Virus record (IMG/VR): IMGVR_UViG_2740892487_000010
Strand: one strand, 5' to 3'
DNA length: 23,044 bases
Source: a virus
Taxonomy: Duplodnaviria > Heunggongvirae > Uroviricota > Caudoviricetes
In this document: positions 7,601 to 15,831 of the stretch, piece after piece
Layout: the number at the start of each line of letters is the position of its first letter
How positions within the stretch are numbered: the first letter of the stretch is position 1
Position numbers and translations under genes: made by a program
The notes under the pieces: generated by a model
What the model saw: the letters and a program-made list of their open reading frames with translations, nothing else
Told to the model about the DNA's origin: nothing
The model's database searches: none

Positions 7601-8659
7601 TTACGCTCCGGTTTCTGCTGCTGCGGCGCTGAAGTCGCCAATCTGGATGTTTTCCACCAGTGCGGCGCAGCGGTAGTCCTCAACCACATAGGCTTCGTTA
7701 ACGGATTCAAAGTTTTCAATCCGGTCACGTTTCGGGTTGTCGATAACTGAGCGGCGGCGGGTGTCTTCCTGCCAGTAGATGGACAGGTTATCCAGACGGG
7801 TGATCAGCAGTGCATTCGGCGGGAAGAACGGCGCACGCACGGCCTGCAGGCCACCCATGCGTTTCTGACTGATGATCATATCGGCAGCCAGTTTTTCACT
7901 GTTTTCCTGCTCTTTGTTGACCAGCGGGAAATACTTGTCAGACAGCAGTTCACGACCGCAAATCACCACCAGATCGTCATCGTCCTGGTAGACCACATCG
8001 ATAAGCTCATTGACGGCATCCATCACCACGGCGTCCAGGTTGGCATATTCGCCACCTTTCCCGACTTTCACCGCACCCGGTGTGGTTTCACCGCCCGTGG
8101 TGGTGCTGCCCATGACGTGATCCGGTGCATCTTCACGGATTTTCTGCAGCCAGCCTTTGTTCACATCCTGCAGCAGCGGGTTTTCGCTACGGCTGGAGGT
8201 TTTCGCACGCTTCACGCCGTTAAAGCCGATCATGATGCGGTCCAGAGCCTGACGTTTCACGATGGCGTCACGGATGCGCACCTGGAAATCCTGAAACTTC
8301 GCCCACAGGTCCAGCTTCGCGTAGGTCAGCACCGTGTCAAAGTTGGTCTGCTCGCATTTATATTCCACATCGACCATCAGCGTCGGATCGACAGGTTCAC
8401 GCTCTTTCGCGGTGGTGTCAGTGGTTCCGGCAATGGTGCTGCCAACTCCCAGCCCCAGCAGCTGACCGGACTGCTCAGTCACTGGCGTGACGTTAATCAG
8501 CGTCAGGAAAGCGGCGGACTGCTGGATCTGGTCTTCCAGCGTCTGCTGCACAGACGGCTCCACGGTGAACTTGCTGGACAGTTCTTCAACTGCCACACCG
8601 TTCAGACGCGCCAGCTGCTGCAGGTAAGCGTTAAAAGCAAAGCGGGTATTCTTCTTCAT
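7601..8659 (-). CDS. N: Major capsid protein (P2 gpN-like)
   Basis: 352 aa; MKKNTRFAFNAYL..., GFNGVKRA, VIISQKR, KLDRIENFESVN and C-terminal GDFS all parallel recalled P2 gpN. Confidence 0.9.
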   Translation of the reverse strand: MKKNTRFAFNAYLQQLARLNGVAVEELSSKFTVEPSVQQTLEDQIQQSAAFLTLINVTPVTEQSGQLLGLGVGSTIAGTTDTTAKEREPVDPTLMVDVEYKCEQTNFDTVLTYAKLDLWAKFQDFQVRIRDAIVKRQALDRIMIGFNGVKRAKTSSRSENPLLQDVNKGWLQKIREDAPDHVMGSTTTGGETTPGAVKVGKGGEYANLDAVVMDAVNELIDVVYQDDDDLVVICGRELLSDKYFPLVNKEQENSEKLAADMIISQKRMGGLQAVRAPFFPPNALLITRLDNLSIYWQEDTRRRSVIDNPKRDRIENFESVNEAYVVEDYRCAALVENIQIGDFSAAAAETGA

Positions 8660-8675
8660 CGGGTTTTGTGCTCCA

Positions 8676-9510
8676 TCAGCAATTGGTCAGAGTGTCAGCG
8701 GGGGCGTTACCGCCTGTTGCACGCTGGCGGTAGTCCTGGCGACTGTCTTCATGACTCAGCTTGTCCACCAGTTCGTTAAAGGCGGTTTGCTGTGCCTGCA
8801 GGGCAGTCTCCAGCTCAGACAGGCGTTCTTCCTGCTCAGACAGGGATTTTTCGGTGCGTGCGCTCAGGTTCTGCTGCTCAGTGGCGACCAGCTCCACGGC
8901 CTTATGCACATCAGAGAACCGGGCGTCATCGGACTGCTCTTTTTTGGTAAACAGCGCCGTGACGCGGGCAAACAGGGACGGTTTGTCGTCCTGGATTTCT
9001 TCCAGTTCGATCACCGTTTCCTCTGCAGCGGTAAAGAGATTGGCAGGATTCTGCTTGCGGTTTGCCAGCGGGTTATGGGCTGCACTGGCGCTGAATGTCA
9101 GCATTTCCGTACCCAGACTGGCAGGGTCATCAGTGGCAGCCAGGCCGACCAGATAGGCTTTGCCCGTATCAGCGAACTTCGGGCTGACTTCCATAGAGGT
9201 GAATAATTTCTGGCCTTTTTTTCACCAGTTCCACCAGGGACTCCGTTGGCTCAACGTCGGCATACAGCGCCATCTTGCCTGCCAGCGGACCTTCCGTGAT
9301 TTCTTCAGCAAACAGCGCCGTCACCTTGCCGTAGCGGTTAAAGGTGCTGTCCGGCAGATAAGACTTGATGTGCTCAAGGTTAATCAGCGCGGTATACACC
9401 GCCGGGTTGTAGCTGGCTGCCATCTGTTCCAGCCATTCACGCTGGATTTCGCGTCCGTCGGTGGTGGCACCTTCCACCCCGATGCGAAAACGCTTTGCTT
9501 TCACTGTCAT
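8676..9510 (-). CDS. O: Capsid scaffolding protein (P2 gpO-like), frame interrupted (track ORFs 9169..9510 and 8676..9194)
   Basis: N-terminal piece has [12 protein letters not shown] and INLEH; C-terminal piece has [23 protein letters not shown] and the terminal [14 protein letters not shown]. Frames switch at a 7-nt A run (minus strand, about 9216-9222); removing one A restores ...[21 protein letters not shown]... Confidence 0.8.
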
Positions 9511-9589
9511 GAGCCGTGCTCCGTTAGAAAAAAACTTACAGGAGCCTTATGGTTGCGGTGATGGGGGCAGTGAAACAATGCGCGGTATT

Positions 9590-9607
9590 TGTACCGACAA
9601 CCACACA
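9590..9607. promoter_or_regulatory. Putative Ogr-type late promoter element (TGT-N12-ACA) in the divergent O/P intergenic region
   Basis: TGTACCGACAACCACACA in the 143-bp gap between divergent O and P; centred about 55 nt upstream of the P start codon. Confidence 0.4.
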
Positions 9608-9653
9608 AACCGCAGGCGGGGAAAGCCTTCATTCAAGGCTGTAGGTTTGTGCC

Positions 9654-11421
9654 ATGAACACCACACTGACACCCGCAGATCTCGATCCCCGTCGGCAGGC
9701 CATGCTGCTGTACTTTCAGGGATACCGCGTAGCCCGCATTGCTGAAATGCTGGGCGAGAAAGTTGCAACCGTTCACAGCTGGAAAAAACGCGACAAGTGG
9801 GGTGACTATGGGCCGCTGGATCAGATGCAGCTCACCACCGCCGCACGCTACTGCCAGCTCATTATGAAGGAGCACAAAGAAGGGAAAGATTTCAAAGAAA
9901 TTGACCTGCTGGCGCGCCAGTCGGAGCGCCACGCGCGGATCGGCAAGTTTAACAATGGCGGCAACGAAGCCGACTTAAACCCTAACGTCGCCAACCGCAA
10001 CAAAGGCCCGCGCCGTCAGCCGGAAAAGAATGTTTTCACCGATGAACAGATAGAGAAACTGGAAGAAATCTTCCATTCCTCCATGTTCAACTACCAGCGC
10101 CACTGGTGGGAAGCCGGAAAAACCAACCGCATCCGCAACCTGCTGAAGTCACGCCAGATCGGCGCGACCTTTTACTTTGCCCGTGAAGCCCTGATTGACG
10201 CCCTGCTTACCGGACGTAACCAGATTTTCCTTTCTGCCAGTAAGGCACAGGCTCACGTCTTTAAGCAGTACATCATCGACTTCGCCAAAGAAGTCGAGGT
10301 GGAGCTGAAAGGCGATCCGATGGTGCTTCCTAACGGGGCCACGCTTTACTTCCTCGGCACCAATGCCCGCACGGCGCAGAGTTACCACGGCAACCTGTAT
10401 CTGGATGAATATTTCTGGATACCGAAATTCCAGGAGTTGCGCAAAGTGGCTTCCGGTATGGCTATTCACAAGAAATGGCGACAAACCTATTTTTCCACGC
10501 CATCCAGCCTGACCCACAGTGCTTATCCGTTCTGGTCCGGTGCGCTGTTCAACCGTGGACGCAACAAAGCTGACAAGGTGGACATCGACCTGTCCCACAG
10601 CAATCTGGCCCCCGGCCTACTGTGCGCAGACGGGCAATACCGCCAGATAGTCACCGTGGAAGATGCGGTGCGCGGCGGCTGTAACCTGTTCGACCTCGAC
10701 CAGCTGCGCATGGAGTACAGCCCGGACGAATACCAGAACCTGCTGATGTGCGAGTTCGTGGACGATCTCGCGTCCGTGTTCCCGCTCAGCGAACTGCAGG
10801 CGTGCATGGTGGACAGCTGGGAAGTCTGGACCGACTTTCATGCACTGGCCCTGCGCCCGTTTGGCTGGCGCGAAGTGTGGATCGGTTATGACCCGGCAAA
10901 AGGTACGCAGAACGGCGACAGTGCCGGATGCGTGGTGGTGGCTCCGCCAGCCGTGCCGGGTGGTAAGTTCCGCATTCTTGAGCGTCACCAGTGGCGCGGG
11001 ATGGACTTCCGCGCCCAGGCTGACGCCATCAAAAAACTGACCGAACAGTATAACGTGACCTATATCGGTATCGACTCGACCGGCGTCGGTCACGGGGTTT
11101 ACGAGAACGTGAAAGCGTTTTTTTCCTGCCGTCAGGGAGTTTGTCTATAACCCCAACGTTAAAAACGCCCTGGTACTCAAGGCCTACGACATTATCAGCC
11201 ACCGCCGTCTGGAGTTTGACGCCGGGCACACCGACATTGCGCAGTCATTTATGGCAATCCGTCGCGCTACCACTGCCAGTGGCAACCGCCCGACCTATGA
11301 AGCCAGCCGCAGCGAAGAAGCCAGCCATGCCGATCTGGCCTGGGCAACAATGCACGCACTGTTTAACGAACCGCTGCAGGGCGAGTCCGCCAATACCAGC
11401 AATATTGTGGAGATTTTTTGA
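9654..11421 (+). CDS. P: Terminase large (ATPase) subunit (P2 gpP-like), frame interrupted near 11118-11124
   Basis: Track ORF 9654..11150 (498 aa) ends prematurely; the conserved C-terminus (VYNPNVKNALVLKAYD...NIVEIF) continues in another frame to TGA at about 11419-11421 overlapping the Q start. A run of 7 T where 6 T would give KAFFPAVREFVYNPN; corrected length about 588 aa. Confidence 0.85.
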
Positions 11422-12460
11422 TGGGAAAGAGTAAGAAGAACCGCGCTGCGTCGACGAAACAGATCCAGCATAAAAGCCAGACTTCAGCCGAAGCATTCAG
11501 CTTCGGTGATCCCGTTCCTGTTCTGGACCGCCGCGAACTGCTGGACTATGTGGAATGCGTACAGATGGATCGTTGGTACGAGCCGCCTGTGAGTTTCGAC
11601 GGACTGGCGCGAACCTTCCGCGCCGCCGTGCATCACAGCTCACCGATTGCAGTGAAGTGCAACATTCTGACCAGCACCTACATCCCTCACCCGCTGCTCA
11701 GCCAGCAGGCTTTTTCGCGTTTTGTACAGGACTATCTGGTTTTTGGTAACGCCTACCTGGAGAAACGCACGAACCGCTTCGGTGAAGTTATCGCCCTTGA
11801 GCCTGCACTGGCAAAATACACCCGACGCGGGTTAGACCTTGATACCTACTGGTTTGTGCAATACGGCATGACTACGCAGCCGTATCAGTTCACGAAAGGC
11901 AACATTTTTTTCATCTGATGGAACCGGACATCAACCAGGAGATCTACGGCCTGCCTGGTTATCTTTCTGCCATTCCGTCAGCTCTGCTCAACGAGTCCGC
12001 CACGCTGTTCCGCCGCAAGTATTACATTAACGGCAGTCATGCAGGCTTCATCATGTACATGACCGATGCAGCGCAGAACCAGGAGGATGTGAACAACCTC
12101 CGCAATGCGATGAAAAGCGCCAAAGGTCCTGGTAACTTCCGTAACCTGTTTATGTACTCGCCTAACGGTAAAAAGGACGGGCTTCAGATTATCCCGTTGT
12201 CAGAAGTGGCGGCGAAGGATGAGTTCCTGAATATCAAGAACGTGAGCCGGGACGACATGATGGCGGCGCATCGTGTGCCGCCACAAATGATGGGGATAAT
12301 GCCTAATAATGTCGGGGGGTTTGGGGATGTGGAGAAGGCCAGCCGTGTATTCGTCCGAAATGAGCTAATGCCACTACAAAAGCGATTACAGGAGATGAAT
12401 GATTGGCTTGGCAAGGAGGCGATACAGTTTAATACCTACTCGCTAGATATAGTCCCATAA
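11421..12460 (+). CDS. Q: Portal protein (P2 gpQ-like), frame interrupted near 11905-11911
   Basis: Track ORFs 11418..11918 and 11918..12460 together about 346 aa; a run of 7 T where 8 T would give ...GNIFFHLMEPDINQEIYGLPGYL...; N-terminal MGKSKKNRAAST... is portal-like. Confidence 0.85.
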
Positions 12461-12463
12461 TAA

Positions 12464-12490
12464 GAAAAGCCACCGTTTGGTGGCTTTTCT
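12464..12490. terminator. Bidirectional rho-independent terminator between convergent Q and the cargo operon
   Basis: AAAAGCCACC-gttt-GGTGGCTTTTCTT: GC-rich hairpin flanked by an A-run and a T-run, directly after the Q stop and before the minus-strand ORF stop at 12495. Confidence 0.7.
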
Positions 12491-12494
12491 TCAT

Positions 12495-13236
12495 TTACTC
12501 AATAGGTTCAAACTCATCCTGAGGAATCAGCGTCGATTGACAGGCTTGGCTTAGTACTCCTGATAATTTACATAATAACCGATAGTTATGAGGAGCATCA
12601 TCGCTAATCTTTTCGACCGTTAAAGTGATTGATTTTGGATCATCCAATAACATCTTCTTGATATCATTACTTAAATACCTAGGGCAGTAACCAACGATTT
12701 CAGCTGGTTTATCTGCACGAACGACAACAGCATCCCCATCGTATTCATTTTGAAGATCCAAGCAAAGACGCAAAATTTGCCCCGGTTTCAATTCAGATAC
12801 ACGAGCATTAGCTAAGCTATTTAAGTAACCAAGTCCATGTAAGAAGAAAAAATGCTCAAAGTTACCATCAGAATCAACATCAATTTTTTTTGAAAATCTG
12901 CAGCTGATCAGTGCTTCGTAAGCCTCCCGAGCGAGCAAGAATATCGATAGGATTTACCTTATCTTCTTCAAATCCAAGCCATTTAATGAAACTCGGATAC
13001 TCTGGACGTCTCGGTGATAAAAGGCGATTTTTAAAAAGAGGAAACAATTCTTCCGAAACATAAGTTTCACGAACATCACTCATGCCGCTAAACTTTGTAA
13101 ATTTAGTAGATTTAAGAGCACCTTTGGTATACCTGAAAACATACCCCGATTTGCGCTCTTGCAAGTTACCAACAACATGCCAGTCTCTGGTATCTGGTGC
13201 CTGCCATGCGACGTAAACGGAGTTTGTATTAGTCAT
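12495..13236 (-). CDS. HipA N-terminal-subdomain-like (HipS-like) domain joined to a C-terminal HIRAN-like domain; frame interrupted at an A/T homopolymer (track ORFs 12880..13236 and 12495..12938)
   Basis: N-part VGNLQERKSGYVFRYTKGAL...ELFPLFKNRLLSPRR...DILARSGG parallels the HipA N-terminus (VGELTKLANGAHTFKYAPEWL...AVFNFFDNLLPDSP...DLLSEIGRDSVG). C-part LRLCLDLQNEYDGDAVVV...EIVGYCPRYLSNDIKKML resembles the HIRAN signature. ATG at about 13234-13236 overlaps the kinase stop (ATGA). The distal ORF lacks an ATG (TTG only) and the frames switch at an 8-nt homopolymer near 12884-12891. Confidence 0.6.
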
Positions 13237-14147
13237 TCTAGTAACCTTCTGCGATTTTCCATTACCATTAACGTTGCAAATCTACGTGCACTGTCGGATA
13301 TACACGATGAAGGCACTTGGTTAAACACATCTGTAATGGAATCTTCTGTTAAAACGCTCAACTTACCTAACCAATGGTCGCGAGCGGCAACTCTCCCTTC
13401 AACTGCATGTTGAAATGCTTCAACGGTCAGCAAGGGCTTTTTATCAGTTTTTGCTTTGAATAGCTCAGAGCGAGCTTTTCTTACAAAACATGGGATTTGT
13501 CGATTTTTATCTTTAGTATTAAGCCGTTCGTTACGCTCATCATCTAACATCTCCCTTCCTAAACTAGCGGCATGATCGTATGTTGGACACAAAAACTGCT
13601 CACCAGTTTCATTGTTAAGCATGATCGCCCAATTTTCATGATGGCGATCTTGATTACTCACAAGTGCATCGAGCATCAAAAATCCACAAAATACATCTGC
13701 TGCATTTAGCCCGGTTAGATCATATACACTCGGAGGAGGCTTGATAGATTCCCTATCTAAACAACCCAATACCCTTGTGACAGTGTGTTCTCTGACCCTT
13801 ACCGGCTTTTCCCCGGCTTGTAAAGGCCCTGGATAATCGAATGTCGAACTGTGAAGCACTTCATTTCCCATTACCATCCGGAAACCAGATGGAATGATAT
13901 TCTGAGTCACCACACCGAATCGACCATTGTATCGCGCCAAATCATAGCTAGCATGTGGAATGTTAAGCAAATGACATAACTCAGCAGCACACTTTTCAGA
14001 CCAATGCTCGCCAGTACCTGGCCTAGAGTACTTAAACAACTGCAAATTTACAGTGTCATCGGAGAAATAGAACCAAAACTTCTCTTTGGTTCCTAACTGT
14101 TCAAGATCGTTAGCTACGGGGCTAAGCTCTACCAATTGGTATGGCAT
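13233..14147 (-). CDS. HipA-family Ser/Thr protein kinase core (HipT-like, lacks the N-terminal subdomain)
   Basis: 304 aa; Gly-rich loop LGTKEKFWF (compare HipA VAGAQEKTAL), catalytic motif LVSNQDRHHENWAIM (compare HipA GATDGHAKNFSV), metal-binding motif LCPTYDHAAS (compare HipA TPFYDIIS); ATG with AGGGA ribosome-binding site. Confidence 0.7.
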   Translation of the reverse strand: MPYQLVELSPVANDLEQLGTKEKFWFYFSDDTVNLQLFKYSRPGTGEHWSEKCAAELCHLLNIPHASYDLARYNGRFGVVTQNIIPSGFRMVMGNEVLHSSTFDYPGPLQAGEKPVRVREHTVTRVLGCLDRESIKPPPSVYDLTGLNAADVFCGFLMLDALVSNQDRHHENWAIMLNNETGEQFLCPTYDHAASLGREMLDDERNERLNTKDKNRQIPCFVRKARSELFKAKTDKKPLLTVEAFQHAVEGRVAARDHWLGKLSVLTEDSITDVFNQVPSSCISDSARRFATLMVMENRRRLLE

Positions 14148-14299
14148 CTGACATCCCTGTTTAGCGGATTATGAATAAGTTAGGTTCCATTTTATCCAAA
14201 CATTGTCAAATACTCTAAGATTTATTAGATGATAGAGCGATACTGTATGCATGTCCAGCAATCAAATCAATATATAACTCTTATATGACTTAGCGCGCG

Positions 14300-14322
14300 C
14301 TCGTATCCCCGCCACGCCTGCC
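14300..14322. other. Putative cos (cohesive end / terminase recognition) site
   Basis: Minus-strand GGCGTGGCGGGGA... matches the first 13 nt of the 19-nt cohesive end as I recall it for 186/P2 (GGCG(T/A)GGCGGGGAAAGCA.); the 3' part diverges; lies between the tum-like gene and the portal gene as in 186. Confidence 0.4.
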
Positions 14323-14363
14323 CGCTTTATGTAGTGGTTTTCATGCAGGTGCATGATCTACGC

Positions 14364-14387
14364 AAAAGCCCGCCAGTTCTGGCGGGC
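14364..14387 (-). terminator. Hairpin with T-run on the minus strand (possible terminator insulating cos and the cargo operon from leftward read-through)
   Basis: GCCCGCCA-gttc-TGGCGGGC stem-loop preceded on the plus strand by AAAA, i.e. followed by TTTT on the minus strand. Confidence 0.35.
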
Positions 14388-14660
14388 CTTAGCGAAAACG
14401 ATCCTCAAACGATCATGCAATCTCATGCAGCATAGACATGCACAGACGAGTAAAGCGAATCGGACCTTACGCAAGGTGAACTCCTCAGCGGGCATAATCA
14501 GTATGTCGGAAGATCTCTAAAAATAAATAATTCGGTTAACAGGTATGCTTACAAAAGCATATATTTGATTAAAAATCATGTAAGGGGGAGGATCTCAAAC
14601 TGAATCGCCACGGGTTTTACAAATTTCGATAGTCTCTCTAACGTTTCGGCTGAGGTCAAA

Positions 14661-15086
14661 ATGAAAAGCTTTTACGTATTAATTTTAATTCTGGTTGCAA
14701 GCTTTGTTAGCGTCCCAGTTCAGGCGGTAACAGCTAAAAACTATGAGAAAGGAACTAAAGCTCAACAGAAATCAATATCTTACCTTTCATGTGCATTCTA
14801 TGGCAGTAGCACACAATTAGATCCTAGCTACACGGAGCAAGTACCTACAGCCGATATCAAGATATTACAGAAAGCAGCTTACCACGCTTACAACGATGCG
14901 CTCTCATACTTTGGCTATGAGGAACCAGATCACGAACAACGCATAATTGATTATGCTGAATTTGTGGCGTCGCAAGAAGCTGTGTTATGGGATAAGCCGG
15001 GAATGAATGGAAAGCAGGTAACACTAATTGCTCGTTCTCTCTACAATGAGAGTAACTGTAACTTGTTACTGGACTCAATTAAGTAG
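14661..15086 (+). CDS. Secreted/periplasmic protein of unknown function (cargo gene)
   Basis: 141 aa; N-terminal signal peptide MKSFYVLILILVASFVSVPVQA; AT-rich codon usage unlike the phage core; GAGG ribosome-binding site; possible promoter TTTACA-17-TAACGT at about 14616-14644. Confidence 0.55.
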   Translation: MKSFYVLILILVASFVSVPVQAVTAKNYEKGTKAQQKSISYLSCAFYGSSTQLDPSYTEQVPTADIKILQKAAYHAYNDALSYFGYEEPDHEQRIIDYAEFVASQEAVLWDKPGMNGKQVTLIARSLYNESNCNLLLDSIK

Positions 15087-15245
15087 GAAAAAGATGGTAT
15101 TTTGCCCGTAGTTTCAACCTTAATCTCCGAACCTGTCGCAGAACGGGCGTTCACTCATCAAATAAACGCCACACCTAACGCCTCACTGTACTCGTTGTTC
15201 AACCTTGCTGACGCCAGAACCAAGTTCAGACGCCAGCAACTTTTC

Positions 15246-15479
15246 TTAATGCAGCCAGCTGTCGTCTTCCCACACCTTCTGCATAATCTTCATCACTTGT
15301 TTTCTTTCTTCGTCCAGTTGCAGTCCGGTCAGTTCCACACCGTTAGAGCTACCTTTGCGGATGCGAATTACCATTTTGGGATACAGGGGGCGCAGATTGC
15401 GGTAAAGCTCGGATTCAAGGGCGTCCAGGGTAGACTGGCTAATCTTCTGCTCTTTATCGATCATTATTTCAATGCGCAT
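15246..15479 (-). CDS. DinI-family protein, likely SOS-inducible antirepressor (phage 186 Tum-like)
   Basis: Track ORF 15246..15551; DinI-like core starts at ATG about 15479 (MRIEIMIDKEQ...LDALESEL...WEDDSWL) with AGGTGA ribosome-binding site; LexA box upstream; same position as tum in 186. N-terminal extent uncertain. Confidence 0.6.
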   Translation of the reverse strand: MRIEIMIDKEQKISQSTLDALESELYRNLRPLYPKMVIRIRKGSSNGVELTGLQLDEERKQVMKIMQKVWEDDSWLH

Positions 15480-15719
15480 AAAGGTCACCTCAGCTGATGA
15501 CATCCATTGAGCGGTTGTATTCGTGGGTTCTGATTTTTGCCATGAGTTCATCAGTCAATTCAGAAACCCACTGCAGAGCCAGCCCCTTCTCTTCATCACT
15601 ACACTCACTAGCCGCTACAAGCTTAAGAAAAAAAATCAATGCGCTGGAGCTTCAAAGACTCCAAAAAATAGTCCTGCATCTTTCCTCCTATGACACCAAA
15701 GCAATACTGTATATATAAC

Positions 15720-15739
15720 CACTGTTTATATTTACAGTA
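15720..15739. promoter_or_regulatory. LexA operator (SOS box)
   Basis: cACTGTTTATATTTACAGTa fits CTGT-N8-ACAG with an AT-rich spacer; adjacent partial half-site TACTGTATATATAACC; between the end of A and the DinI-like gene. Confidence 0.65.
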
Positions 15740-15831
15740 TATAATAATCTTACTGATGTAAAACGTTTTTTTACGTTCATCAGCCTGAAATGCCTGGTAT
15801 TATTAAGAGCACGAATTGTTAACCCGCGTAA

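Noticed and set aside
8117-8779. Plus-strand 220-aa ORF opposite the major capsid gene
   Set aside because: Antisense shadow ORF; the minus strand encodes the well-conserved gpN.
9169-9232. Programmed translational frameshift in scaffold gene O
   Set aside because: P2-like scaffold proteins are not known to use programmed frameshifting (that occurs in the E/E' tail chaperone genes, outside this window). The break is a one-base homopolymer indel like five others in the window, so an artefact or mutation is more parsimonious.
10617-11093. Minus-strand 158-aa and neighbouring ORFs inside terminase P
   Set aside because: Out-of-frame or antisense ORFs within a strongly conserved plus-strand gene.
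14148-14660. Possible CRISPR array, tRNA or IS element in the long intergenic region
   Set aside because: No direct repeats with regular spacing, no tRNA-like cloverleaf segments and no terminal inverted repeats with a transposase ORF were seen; the region is better explained by cos, promoters and terminators.
15741-15780. Inverted repeat CTGATGtAAAACG-T7-ACGTTcATCAG downstream of gene A as an intrinsic terminator
   Set aside because: The T-run falls in the loop rather than after the stem on either strand, so it does not fit a canonical rho-independent terminator; it may be a regulatory hairpin or coincidence.
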